64,000 bases of DNA from Amoebophrya sp. A120 (GCA_905178155.1 CAJINV010000002.1:3601838-3665837), one strand, 5' to 3'; shown: positions 51,617 to 64,000, numbered from the stretch's first letter. The notes: generated by a model not told the origin, from the sequence alone. Program-made: numbers and translations.

Positions 51617-54600
51617 ATGGGCGGTAGCAACAACTACGACGACTTCGTAGATGTGTCCGATGGGGAGGGCGGCGAAAGTTCCTCGGATGATGAGATTCGG
51701 GAAACGCGAAGAAGTATGGCGTTCTCAAACGTATACATTCTCAAGTGTTACATGAATTTCTAATGCAAGAATGCCATCAGACACGCCGCCATCAAGCTAT
51801 TTCGCATGACAAATTCTCTTCAAAGGGCTAAACTTAAACAGCGCTAAAATCTGTGCCGACTTTGTAATGCGAAAGGTGCAACAAGCTTGCCCCTTTCAGT
51901 ATTTCTGTTCTTGCAACACAAATTCATGTAACATTTGAGAATGTAACAGTTGAGAACGCCATAAGAAGAAACGCCGAGTTGGAAGACTCTGACGACGAGA
52001 ACGAAAACAAAGAGGACCCTTTTTTTTTCGAAAACAACTCTTTTCGGCAACAGGACGACTACGATGCCGGACTCGAGAAGGAGCTGCATAGAAGTACATC
52101 AGGAACAAATTCAAATAAAAGGACCAATCCCGACGACCAGATCAACTCGAGCCAGAACAGACGCGGAGGCGCAGCTGATAATAAAAACTTTGGCGCAAAC
52201 AATTCTACCTTTTGGGACCCAATTGAGGAGGAGAAGGAGAAAAAGCGCAGAAAGAAGGAGGAAAAACTTCTGCACGAGAAGCACACTTCGGGCATTGGGG
52301 AGGGGAAGAAAGTGATGCTGCACGGGTTGCTGAACGCAAAGCATTTGAACGGAGTCATGTATGAATTGTAAAAGTATCGTACTAGTATGAAGAACTGCAA
52401 TACAAATTGTCTCAGCATTACTAATTTAATTTGTAATACGGATTTACGAACTAGACTTGTAATGCATAAACTGCAATTACTACGAATGCGATGCTTTTGC
52501 ACAGGATATCATGGGCTACGTCGCAAAGGACGTGATGCTGAACGGCGAGGATCTTCACATGACAAACGGTACTAGCAACCAACAGGAACAACAAAATCGC
52601 GTTTCCGTCCTTTTGATGACCGCGAACCACGAGGAGAAGATATTACAGTGAAAAATGCCCCCACGACCCCCAAAGTTGCAATAATTTGTGATGCGAAGTT
52701 TCCAAATGGAAGCCTCTTGTCATGCATGAAAGGAGCATGAGTCTTTCTGATGCAGGGTCTCGGCGTATTATATAGCATCGCTTGCATGACAAGCGCCGCT
52801 TTTGCTGGGGTCTTTTGCAATGCAAGTTTTTGCTTTTCACGACTGAAAATAAGCTGTGATGCTGATAGATGCAAGAGGGCGGGCGTTTCATTTGGAAAGG
52901 TTTGCAATACAAATGCTCCCAGGTTCCGGGGCGGTGGGGTCATTTTTCATTGCAATAGAAGAAGATTTTTCCGAAAAATTTACTAGAAATCCACACGGAT
53001 TCCATCGGGCGGCTGAGGAACCTGGTCAGTGCGCACAACCTGAACGGTATCGCGAGAAAAAAATGTTTCACTGTGAACTTGTGATGCATAGAATGGAACA
53101 CAGAACTGTTTGTCTTGCTACACCTGCAAGACCTTGACTCTTTAGGGGTGTTTTCCCTTTGACAGCGCGCATGGCAAATTTTCTGTGTCATGTGTAAGAA
53201 ACTTGTGAGGCAGATCCTGCAAAATCATCACAGTGAAAAAGTTTTTTCGTGGGATAGACGGGCTCCTCGTGCAGGTCGGAAAATTCGACCTGCAGACGGC
53301 ACGGTACGAGGTATTGGTACTGCCGCACGCGGAAAAAACCATCGAACTGTGCGTCAAGAAAATCAAGCCCGAAAATATCGAAATCGTAAGGAAATACGAC
53401 GCGGTGCTGCTTCCGAAATTTCGAAGGCAGGAGCAGGTGAAGGGGAAAAATGCCCCGACTACAGCAACCACAACTTCCACCACCACTCCCCACAAAATCA
53501 CCGTCTCGCCGGGGTTCGTCGAAACAGAGATCGACGGGAAAATTTCCAACACAAAGTCTATCGCGGTGGAGCTGAAGCCGAAGTGCGTGAAGATCCTGGA
53601 GCAAATGGAAAAGATCGGGTTGCCCCTGCCGCAATTGGTGCGGTTGGAAGATTTGAAGAAAGCAACCCTGCCCTCCTCGGAACAGAAAGAAGGCTCGCCA
53701 CCCGCCGCCTTCTTCCTCGACACGGTCCAAACGGTTTCGAGCCGAAATTTGATAAAACAGGCCGCGGAAGAGCAACACGCTAGCACTAGAACTACAGGTG
53801 CTGTTGATACAAAAACCGGAAGTCACCAGATCCGTATTGTCGGTGTCAGTCTGCCGAGGTACGAGGTGTGCGCCATCCAGAAACCCACGAAGGAGGAAGA
53901 CGTCGCTGGTTTGAAAGCGATTTTTCACGACCTCTGCACCGAATACGAAAAGGCCTGCGGCATTTTCACAACCTCCACAACGGAACAAAACAGCAACGTG
54001 TTTTTCTTTTTCCCGCACCTGGCCGTCAAGCCATTTCCGCTGCTGAAGCAGCTGCTGTGTCAATACTACCCCTGTTTCCTCCCCAAACTCTGCACGGAGG
54101 TGATCGCCTTGGGGGTGCAGCCGTGTTCTACTTCATCTGCTGCAACTACGGAGCCGACGAACAACAAGTCGCTGACCCAGCTCCTTTCGTGTGCGTGGGT
54201 GCGCCTGGATTTGCTGCTTTTATCAAATGCAAAAGTGTCTGGGTCTGGAAGATTTCTAGACTTGTCATGCAGGTTTTGCATGAGTCTTGATGTCTGTGAT
54301 GCGTGCCCTAGCAGCACAGATTTTTTGAGGGCTTCTTGATGCCTATTCCGCATTACAAATGCCATTTCCGCGTAGCAAAAATCACATTCCCTTTGCTGCT
54401 CATGCAATACAGATTTTTTTGCAATTTAAATGCAGCATCACAAGTTCCAATCTTCCAGACCCAGACATTTTTACATTTGATAGCTTTGCCAGTACTACAA
54501 TGTCACGGTATACTTCGTGAAAGAGAAGAAGCACAACCAGACGCTGAACAAAGTAGATGAAACCTCAACCAAAGCTCCTTCTCCTATCCGCTTCAACCTC

Positions 54601-55401
54601 GACAGTGCGAATTTTCTCTTTTCCGAGACTATCAAATGCAAAAATGTCTGGGTTAGGAAGAATGCAAGTTTGTCATGCTTGTCTGGCATGATTCGAGAAT
54701 CTGTGTTGCATAGGCACGAAAAGACCCTCTTACCTGTCATGCAAAAACGCAGTTTGCCATGCGGAATACGTAAGACATGGCAGCCAAAAAAATTGTGATG
54801 CATAGCTGCGTATTGCAGTCCGGCTATCATCCACTTTTTGCATCACAAGTTTCCAGACCCAGACATATTTGCAATCCATAGAGACGTCGCTGAAGCAACA
54901 CGTGAAAAGCCCGACCAGCGGCATGGTGGTCAGCGGGAGTTTATGCATTGCAAATATGTCTGGGTCTGGAAACTTGTGATGCTAACTTATGAATTGTGGG
55001 GACACTGAAATAAGCTGCGACCACGCATGACAACTTTCTGGGCTCTCTTGTGTTTCGCTTCCCCTTCCCGAATGATAAGCTACATTTTTGCATGACAGGC
55101 AAGAGGCTCTTGTTTTCCTGCTCACGCATTACAGGTTCAAGAGTCATGCGAGACAAGCATGACAAGCTTGCACTCTTCCAGACCCAGACATATTTGCATT
55201 GGATAGAGTTACGGCAGTTTGAACCCCGTCTTCGGCACGTTTTTGAGCGGGAGCGCGAACAACACATCAACGCCTGGTGGGTCTTTCATGGAGAAAAAAG
55301 CGGTGGCGGAATACGCCAGCTGGTGCTTCGACGCGGTTTGCAGTAGGGGCGCTGGTAGCAACTTGGAGCCCACAGTTGCAGTGGAGATGTGGGAGTTGTG
55401 A
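51617..55401 (+). CDS. Hypothetical protein with two tandem GL...LNG...R..V......K..NL modules, 7 introners
   Basis: All seven removals keep the frame (TRR|RNAELED, GVM|GYV, EEK|KIFPKNL, LNG|LLVQ, LLL|CQYY, SET|SLKQ, SGS|YGSL) through to the stop at 55401. Confidence 0.82.
51715..51963. mobile_element. Introner family H
   Basis: TATGGCGTTCTCAA..ACATTCTCAA / TTGAGAATGTAACAGTTGAGAACGCCATA; TSD agaag. Confidence 0.92.
52360..52508. mobile_element. Introner family B
   Basis: Family-B TIRs; TSD tcatg. Confidence 0.92.
52641..52957. mobile_element. Introner family I
   Basis: TATTACAGTGAAAAATGCCCCCAC / GTGGGGTCATTTTTCATTGCAATA; TSD gaaga. Confidence 0.92.
53048..53256. mobile_element. Introner family J
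   Basis: TATCGCGAGAAAAAAATGTTTCACTGTGA / TCACAGTGAAAAAGTTTTTTCGTGGGATA; TSD aacgg/gacgg. Confidence 0.92.
54221..54482. mobile_element. Introner family A
   Basis: Family-A TIRs; TSD gcttt. Confidence 0.92.
54630..54880. mobile_element. Introner family A
   Basis: Family-A TIRs; TSD gagac. Confidence 0.92.
54942..55205. mobile_element. Introner family A
   Basis: Family-A TIRs, inverted relative of 54630; TSD gagtt. Confidence 0.92.
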
Positions 55402-57207
55402 CAGAAGATTTATTGTTCTCATGGATCATAAACCAGAGCAACATGATCACCTTCATGATAAACAACAAACCTTTAAAAAAACCTTCGCAAACTGCAACCC
55501 GCCTTACCTGCAAGCAGGTGAGGAGTTCTGTTCTGGAAGAAAAGATTAAGAGCGATAAACTCGAGCGTCGAGGGCTTTTTTGTGGAGCGAGCTCGCTGTT
55601 GCCAGTGCCTCATAAAGGCTCTCGAAAAATTGGGCGTGGGCTTAAAAAGTTTGGCGTTGTGTTTTTCTTTGAAATACTTATTTGCATATCAGAACAAAGC
55701 AGCGGAAGAAGGGCTGGGCGTGGCCCTCGATTCCTTCCGCGCCGCCCCCTCCGGCCCTGTATGTTGTGGAGAGCCGGCAGCCTTTCCAAAAGCAGGGCCA
55801 AGGCGCTCAGGGAGGGCGTCGCGGGTCTATTTCGGTAGGCGGGGGGCGGGTTGGGGTTCCCCCAGCATGTTGGACCGGCACGCCTGTAGTCGGGGGAATG
55901 GCGGGACGAATATCCCACCGCCGGCGCCGGGGGCCCAGGCGAGCGCGCCCGCGCGGGAGCTTCGGGGCGGGCGCCGCAGTGCAACTGTACAAAGCCTATG
56001 CCCCAAAAGTGACAGCGTCGGAGCCGGCCCGCCGTCTCTCGCCCGTGGCCCGCAGGCTTCTCGTTGCCGGTGGCTTGTTGTGTGCAGTGGGCGCGGCCCG
56101 CCCGCCCGGCCGCCATCTTTCCCCGGGAACCGATGGCCAAGCCGCCCCCGGCTGGCCATTCCAGGGCCTCTCTTCTTTGAATGGGCGGGCGGCCTTCCCG
56201 GCCGTCTAGGGGGACGGGGCCCCCCGCCTGCTCCGCCCGCCTGGTCGGTGCTTGGGTGGGATTGCCTGTGGGCCCCCCCTGATCGGGGCGGGGCAGGCCG
56301 AAGCAGTTGCGCTTTCATTCTTTGTTTGCCTGGCCACCGACCGGTCCGTCGCACGCCGGCCGGGGCCGGTGGTTCGTGGGTGCGTCCGTTCGTTGTGTCT
56401 GTATGTGGGCGCGGGGCGCGGCGCATCTGGGGGGGGGTTGTGTTCCTCCCTCTGGCGCAATAACAGGCGTCCTCCGTGGCTATCAATCTGGGGGCCTGTT
56501 AGTTCCGCTGCTCCGCCGTGTTGCCATGCCGGGCCCGGCGTTGGTAGCTAGGTCGGTAACCTGCCAGCCTGCACCTCTTCCTTGGCCGAAGAAAGCGGTT
56601 AGTTTGGGCCACTGGTACTTTTTTATTTCTTAAGATGCCGACTGCTTTTCGTGGCTGCCTGGCTAAGCCCATCTGTCCGGGCCAGTGAAGGGCAGAACGC
56701 TACCCGGCCGCCCCGCATTGATTTGCCGCCCATTGTGTGGCGCAGGCGCCTGGCTCTTGGCATGATCGTTCGTGTTTTTATTCGAGTCGCTGCTAAAGGA
56801 CCAACAAAAGCAAGTGCAAAGAGCGATCAGCAAAGCACATGACAACTGGAATTGCCTTGAGTGTCGTACTGGTCGTTGTGTCTCACTCGAAGAGCCAGAG
56901 AAGCCTGTTCGCAAGAGCGGGAGGGTTGTATTGGGTCGGAGCGAAGAGTGAAATTTTTCTTGTTCAGGTTTAATATGCGTATCGCCATGCAACGCGGTCG
57001 GCTTCCCGTGTATTGTCGTCGAGGGAACGATCCAAGAGGACCTTCTACTCTATCGTACAGACTTATCACCGTGTAGCAGGAACAGGAACAAAATGAAAGC
57101 CGCCGCGCATCTGATCTTTACATTACTTGACTGGACTTCTTGATCACAGAGTAGCCGAACATAAACTCCCACATTGATAGATCATTCTTCCGGACGACTA
57201 CAGAAAA

Positions 57208-60132
57208 ATGACCACCGCTGCCATCGCCTCCTTTTTGCAGGACTCCGCCGACAGCATTGCTGAAACCTATAACTACATCACGCAAGAGACCAACTCGGAC
57301 TTTGTAGACCTGGTGAAGCCCAGCAAACCTTCTACTTCGGTCCCCACGAAGCAACTGGAAGCTGGCTACTTTGTGGACCCGCTCGACGACAAAAGGCCGC
57401 TGAACGACCAAAAACACCACTCGGCGCCGTTGGTTCTCAAGGAGCTCGAGGGGAAGGAGATAAAAAGTAAAGAGGATGGAACTACGCCTGGGGGGATTTC
57501 GTACGGCGGAGGAGGTAGCAGCACTAGCTTCTCCGCGGGAGGGGCGGCCGGTGGTGCACAAGGCTTCGCATCCCAGGCGGTGCAGCAGGGGACGCAGGCG
57601 GCCGCGTATAGTAGTTTGGCTTCGAATTTATGTTGGCTGATCGGTTCTTGTGTGCTGCATGGTTGTATAGTGTGTGCCGTCCTAGCATGACAATTTCTGA
57701 CTTGAATGCAAACTTCGCATGACAAATACTGTAAATCGACAACAGCAACTTCTTCTCCTCTTTGGGCAGCACCGTGCAAGACATCCTCGATCGCGACGGC
57801 CACGTGGAGCATGTAGATGGGACCAAATTTCTATGACAGTGAACAACTCCCCGCTCCCCTCATTTGTACTGCTATTGCATAAACAGCAATGCAAACGCCA
57901 GCGACCCTGGAGCCTGTGCATGACAAATTTATGTGCCTACGGTGGTACTGTTTGAGCTTTCGAGATTTGTCATGCAAACAGTGCCACAGGGAAGTGACTG
58001 GATTTGGCATTTTGCATGACAAATGAGGGGGAGGTGGAGTTGTGCACTGTCATAATTCCCGACCAAGGAAGAAATGGACAAATACGAGGAAGAGCAAAAC
58101 GCCAGTGCGTTACGCGTTGCAAAAGCATCGGTTTGATAGTGGACATCGAGGGCGGAGTAGAACTCGCAATTTTTTAATACAGACTTTGATATCGTTCTTC
58201 CCACCCAGGAAAAGCTTGTATGAGAAACCTCATCAGCTATGGTTGTTGTACTCGTATGGAAATAAACCGAGTAGAGGATCTGTAGTTGTGAACAATGACA
58301 TTCCCTATCCGTCGTGGGTACGATACAACGCCGACGATGCTTTTGCACAGAATACGTTCTGAGTATCGAGGATTTTACCAACAATTCTTCCTCCTCCTCC
58401 TCTTCCCTGGCTGGCTTGCGTAACGACGACTCCCCAAACGGAAGTGACGAAGACCTGGCGAAGCTGAAAATGACCCGGAACCCGTTGAAAATGCAGGCGT
58501 TGCAGATGCAGGAAAAGGATATATTGAAGGAGAACCACAACAGCACTTCTGTTGGAGGACCACCACCATCTTCACAACAAGGCACAACTACAGCAGCAGG
58601 AGGAGCTGCAGCAGGAGGAGGGGGCCCTGCTGGTACAACTACTGCTGTCCTTGTAGTTTCTGGTGACAAACAAGACCCCCGTAAGAAAGAGGAGGACAAA
58701 GTAGACCATTCCGAAGAAGAGGACGACGACAGTAGTACGGACCACGACCTGAAGCCGCACGCCAATTGGAACCGCAACAGCAAATTCGAGGACTTGCAGT
58801 TGACTTCCACCACCAAAAAACGGGCGAGCCAGATCCCGAACGCGCGGGTGACCTACGATATTGGGTTAACGCACTTCCACAAGGAGGACGAAGACCACCC
58901 TTTTCGGCGGGAATTATGACACTGCACAAGAACTCTCCGCCCTCCCCCTCATTTGTATCGCATGAGCAGCAACACAAGCATCAGCAACAATGCCGGTTCT
59001 GCATGACAGATTTGTATTGGAGTACTTATAGTGCTATTCGGGCTACCAGAACTTGTCATGCATAATAGTGACAGGATGGAAGGCGTGGATTTGGTATTTT
59101 GCATGAGAAATGAGGGGGAACGGGGGTTGTGCACGGTCATAGGAATCCCGGACGAACCAGATTCAACGACTGAAAACCCAGTTTCAGCAACGCAAAAAAC
59201 TTTTGAAAGCGAAACTGGATTCGGTGAATTGGATCAAGGGTGGAACTGGAACAGCAGTAGCAGCAGCAAGAACTAGAACCGGCGCAGTGGAAATAGAAAA
59301 TGCAGGGACTAGTAACAGCAAAACTGAGGGAGGAGCAGGAGCTGCTGGTGCACAACAAAAGGAGCCCGCTGTTGCGCCGTCAGGCAATGTTGTGAAAGAA
59401 CCCGGAACCGGACCACAGTTTTTTGAGGACGTGCAAGTTGTCGAGGAGGAGGGGGCGGGTGTAGAAGATGCAAAACAACAAGCACAACCTGCTTCTTCAT
59501 CCCCTACTGCCACAGCTACACAACCAGCAGCAGCAAATACAGATGTCGTGCCAGCGAATAGTACAACAGCCAATGACCACCCGGAAAATTCCCGAGCAAT
59601 GCGGGCATCAAACGGAACTGAAGATAGAAAAGAAGTTTTACCAGAGAACTCTACAATCTTACCCCCGCGACCTACTGCTGAGTCTCCTGCTCCTGCAGCG
59701 GTACTAGAAAAACTGCCACATCCAGAAGAGCAAGACAAAAACAACGCGTCGCAGTCGGAGCAAGAGTCCATTCCAGACTACGCGATGGCGAATAACGTGC
59801 AGGTGGTCGAAAACTCGAAAAAGCGGGTGGTGACCAGTTTGGGTGAGGGGATGAGTCCCGTGGGGACGAAACCCAGTAGTACGACAACGAATTTTCCAGG
59901 TCCTCTAGTTAGTAATCCTGCAGCAACAGAAACAACGTCAGCTGGTGCTGCTGAAACTTCTACCACAAAAATGCAAGCAGCCCCGGAACAAGCAACCGCT
60001 GGTGCTGCCGCGGAGAGCACAACTACAGATGATGCAGCGGCCGCTTCTCGTACCGGCGGCGGCAGTGTGAGTTTTGGCGGCGGGGATTCTCGACCCGGCG
60101 GCGGCAGTGTGAGTTTTGGCGGCGGGGACTGA
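57208..60132 (+). CDS. Hypothetical low-complexity protein, 5 exons
   Basis: In frame after removing GT-AG intron 57606-57745 and elements 57832, 58111 and 58915 (AA|NFFSS, TKF|PTKEE, NASA|LSIED, RRE|SRTNQ). Confidence 0.72.
57606..57745 (+). other. GT-AG intron derived from a decayed introner
   Basis: G-TATAG...GACA-ACAG; retains two GCATGACAA motifs; in-frame join. Confidence 0.65.
57832..58054. mobile_element. Introner family D
   Basis: TATGACAGTGAACAACTCC..CCCCTCATTT / AAATGAGGGGGAGGTGGAGTTGTGCACTGTCATA; TSD atttc/attcc. Confidence 0.92.
58111..58354. mobile_element. Introner, B-like (old)
   Basis: TGCAAAAGCATCG / CGATGCTTTTGCA; TSD decayed; frame preserved. Confidence 0.8.
58915..59141. 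mobile_element. Introner family D
   Basis: Family-D TIRs; TSD ggaat. Confidence 0.92.
60053..60130 (+). repeat. Coding tandem duplication (GGGSVSFGGGD x2) at gene end
   Basis: CCGGCGGCGGCAGTGTGAGTTTTGGCGGCGGGGA occurs twice. Confidence 0.85.
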
Positions 60133-61194
60133 GTCGTGGTTTGCTTCATTTACTTCACACGTCGCAAGGAACTGCTAACCCAGGAGGAACTTGACACGAC
60201 AGTCGATTTTTACTCTGTCTTCTGAACCAGGGTTGCTGGTTTGATGATGGGTAGTGGTCTGGAGCAACTTGACTTTTCGAACTCGAAACAATTGATGAAG
60301 TTGATCCGCGTCCATGCTTCCAAGAAAAGAGCACTACGATGTTGAGCAAACGATTTATTTTCGTTTGTGAGGTAAAAACAGTTTCCAAATGAATATCAAT
60401 CTACTATTGCTGCTGTGGCTTTGCGACCACGTGGTCGCCTGTGTTGCGGATGATCACGAGCACAGCAACTCAGTCTGTCCTGCCGAGTGTTCCATCTCCT
60501 CACCGATAGGCTATTACTGTGAATTTGATGTTTTCACAGAATGACTCTCACTCCCGCTAGCGTTTAGAACAAGCACAGCTTAGGACGATTGGATCCACCG
60601 GTCTTCAACATCACTGCACTGACATTTTTGCTGAAGTAGAAGCGTTCCTCGTTGAGACGCGGACTCTGGTTGTCATTTTTAGAAGTTCCCTCGCAGCGTC
60701 TTTCGGAGCGAGGAAAAGAGCATCTCTTTCCATTCCGGAAAAAGAAGAAGATTCGTTTATGTGTCCGCGCTTTTGCCGCGATGATGATGATGAAATTGTT
60801 TCTTTCTGGTCACACGAATAAGGAAGTTGTCGTGTCAATATTTTGCTTGATTTCCTGTATGGTAAGGAACGATACAGTCAAGGACAAGGATCTGGTTTGT
60901 TTGTGCTGCAACGTCATAGTAGATGGGTTCCATCAATTCTGTGCTGCATAAAACAAAGTCAATGACAATACATACGGAAGTAGTAGCTCAATCCACAAAT
61001 TTGAACATACCAAAAAGCTTCTTTATTGCTCTGCTGAAGCAACGCTTTTATGGTGTACTACACTAGCCTGCTCCTTTTGCTGCAATTGCAAATCATCTTC
61101 GATTAGAAAGCAAAATCTACCTTCCAAAAAAAGATAAAACCTGCTGCTTCTGGTAGTGGAATAAGAGGTTCATCATCTATTTCCACCTATAATT

Positions 61195-64000
61195 ATGCCC
61201 ACGAGGGGCGTTGGCCCAGTGAAAGCTCTGCATCAAGGAAACCGCTTCTACACAAAAACTTCTGATCGCCAGCATTACAGAAACAACAACACTACCACCC
61301 GGGACGAGAAGGAGAACCACAACCACCACGACGAGTATAACTACCACACCAGGAATTTTCACGCCAGCAGTAGCTACAGATCCTCTGGGGGAGCTGCTCC
61401 TGCTCGGAGTCGTGACTACCACTATCAACAGCATAACAGGTATCAAAATAACAAAAGCGCGGATTGGAATAGAAACTACTACAGGCAGGAAAGTTACAAT
61501 TCCAACCGTCAGGAGCAGTGGTGGCAGAAGAGCGACGGGAGGAGTCAGAACTGTTCTACTTCGTCGAGGGGCAAAAAGAAAAACCACAACTATTGGCCCC
61601 GTAATATTAACCGGCACAACTCGAACTACAACCGGGGGCACCATCAAGAACAAGGTAGTTGTGAAGATCGCTACTCGCGTACGTACGAAGATCGCTACTC
61701 GCGTACGTACAACTGCAACCACCAGACGCAACAAGTAGACATTTACAGTTCCGCAGCTGTTGGCCAAGAAACTAACGAGCGCTATCATGGTCGAGACGGC
61801 CGCTGTGCCGCTCAAAATGGCAGTGGCTACATCAGAAGTGGTCGCACTACGATTATGACCAGCTCTAGTTCTACTTGTGGTCTCAAAAGCAACAAGAAAG
61901 ACACCGATTACCGTTTCAATAACTTTTCGCAAAAACAAGGGCAGCATGAACCTTTGATGCTCCCGGAGTCCCTGCTGAACCAACCGCAAGATCCGCATTT
62001 GACCTGGGAGTCTTCCTTTTCCGGTGGGCACACCCCCGATAGCCGAGAACGGGAGGAGAACGCAATAGCGCACTACGAACGGCAGAAAAATTTGTTTTTT
62101 CTCTCTCCGCCGCCGGTTACGGAGGTTTCTCGTTCTCCACAGAAGGCAACACGGAAGAACATCTTTCAAGATTTTTTTGACGCGCCGCCGAAGGATCATC
62201 AACTACATTTGAAGTACAACAAAAGCGCTGCTCGGTTAGCGTCTAACCAGGGTCACCAACAGCCGCCTTTCGCAGGTCGTACTTCTACGCGCGATCGGAA
62301 GTTCAACGGCAACAACATGATGAAAAAGTACACGGAGGGCCAGCACGTCATGGCTAAGAAGGACGAAGAAAGCGACCACGGGAGTAGCAGTGACAGTGGG
62401 TCGTGGGGGCTCGAAGGGCACGAATCGGAGTCGGAAAGCGGCAACGACGTCGTCCCAACCCCCGCGCTATGCATTGCAAATATGTCTGGGTCTGGAAGGT
62501 TGCAACTTGTGATGCTGTGTCTGGATTCTAGAAAGAGTTGTATTGCATGACCAGCAAGAGGAGTCCAGTTTGTGCTACGCGGGGAGGGCATTTGTCGTGC
62601 GGAATAGGCATCAGGAAGCCTTCTGGAAGTCTGTGATGCTAGGCTCTGCATTACAGGTGTCATGGACCATGCAAAACACGCATGACAAACGTTGCATTCT
62701 TCCAGACCCAGACATATTTGCAATTGATACGCGTCGGAGGTGAAAGGAGATTTATCGGATGTTGACGATGCAGCAGCTCCGGCTTTGCCGAAGATGAACC
62801 AACAAGGACAGCAGCAACTTGATGGCGGCGCGCCGGCAAGCTCGTCGTCCTCAGCTGCTGCTCCGGCTTTGACTGAGAACAGCGTCGCGAAACGACCACA
62901 GGCGAACAAAGGAGAGGACAGCAGTGGCGGGAATGATGATGAAAACGATGAGAACAACAAACATGATACTACTAACAACGGCGCTAGCGCGGGAGAGGGA
63001 ACGGGCGAAAAGAACGGCGGGAAAGATCAAGACACTAGTGGGGGTTCAGGCATTGGAGGGGGTCAGGGAAGCAGTGGTGGCGGAAAAGATGGTAGTAATA
63101 CGAGGATAGTCGAAAATATTTTTTTGATTTTGACATCTTTCTGCAGCGGAACAGCCCCTGCCTCGTGCCACTGATTTTGTTTTTAGCATTAGGTTTTGCG
63201 CAGAATGAAGCCTCATGACATCAAAACATTCGCTTTACCTTACCAATTCTACAGGTGGTGACGACGAGGAGGACGGCGAAGATGATAAAAAGGGAGGTAA
63301 AAAGAACACCAGCACCCCGGAAGTGGAACCAGAGGACGATGAGGAGGACGAGTTACGAATTTGTGAAAAATTTTTAGAGCTGACACGACACGACGATTAA
63401 TTTTTCACACCCCGAGGACATGAAAAATCCTCGACCGAAGCTGTAGCTGCACAAAGTTCGTATGATCCTGCATGGTGCGCACAACCGCTAGCGGAGCATT
63501 TCATGTCTAGTATGAAGTACAAGTGGATTTTTAATTCTTTTTTTGCATCATGAAGAGGACGCACCTTCTGCTCGCTCCTCACATCGAAAAGACGGATTTG
63601 TGAAGGTGGAAACCGTTATGTTCTACAGCTCGACTCATTTTTCGCACTTCATATTGTGAAGAAGAGCAAAAGAAAACAAAGAAGCCTAAGCTAGACAGCA
63701 GTGACAGTGGGTCCAAGAAGATGATGAAAAAGGCTGTGACGCAAGACAACGACGCAGCCCCAATGGACGTGGACGATGATGTTGGGGGTACTATGATTGA
63801 GAACGATGGAGGTAACAAAGCCCAAGATGAAAACAGCCCGGAGAATGATGTTCTTGTCACCAACAAGATGGAAACTACGGATATTATTGACACGAACAAG
63901 TCGGCACCCCCTGCACCTGCTACGGCGATTAAATCTGGTGCTCTTTCTTCGAAAAAAACCACTCCGCCTGCGCCCGCTAGCGGACCGCCTTCTTCTGGGG
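61195..64000 (+). CDS. Hypothetical N/Q/H-rich then acidic low-complexity protein, runs off the window
   Basis: ORF 61195 joins ORF 62740 across element 62468-62729, then GT-AG intron 63092-63254 (KDG|GDDEED) and element 63354-63653. Confidence 0.7.
62468..62729. mobile_element. Introner family A
   Basis: Family-A TIRs, close relative of 47743; TSD cgcgc/cgcgt. Confidence 0.92.
63354..63653. mobile_element. Introner, diverged singleton
   Basis: TACGAATTTGTGAAAAAT..GAGCTG / CAGCTC..ATTTTTCGCACTTCATA; TSD decayed. Confidence 0.7.

Noticed and set aside
1538-62729. Recurring peptides in the ORF track (MSGSGR, PDPDIF, CKNVWVWK, FQTQT, CKSIVLV) as a protein repeat family
   Set aside because: They are translations of the TIRs in different frames and strands and vanish once elements are spliced out.
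1-64000. Dinoflagellate spliced-leader relics, tRNA or rRNA genes
   Set aside because: None noticed by eye; a proper covariance-model search was not possible.

Overview
Eukaryotic DNA with about 11 co-oriented (+ strand) genes. They are interrupted by roughly 50 short (about 150-325 bp) non-coding elements, each with TAY...RTA termini, terminal inverted repeats (TIRs) from at least 8 sequence families, and a 5-bp target-site duplication (TSD). Removing an element plus one TSD copy restores the reading frame in every clearly coding case I spliced by hand, so these are transposon-derived, mostly non-GT-AG introns (introners). The architecture matches what is known for the parasitic dinoflagellate Amoebophrya (taxon is my inference). 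Splicing reveals genes the ORF track misses or fragments: spliceosomal Sm D3 (7 introners, 124 aa), an FkbM-type methyltransferase, a DUF285/BspA-like repeat protein, an ankyrin protein and several hypothetical proteins. Mismatched TSDs suggest a fixed splice register (intron = last TSD base + element + first 4 TSD bases), and decayed elements appear to have become GT-AG introns. Region 37.7-49.8 kb is rearranged: scrambled DIRS-like (tyrosine recombinase plus RT) retroelement fragments, a 1.06-kb duplication that makes an in-frame fusion ORF, and a 1653-bp x3.3 mosaic tandem array with a recurrent breakpoint. All coordinates and splices were read by eye; no RNA evidence was available.
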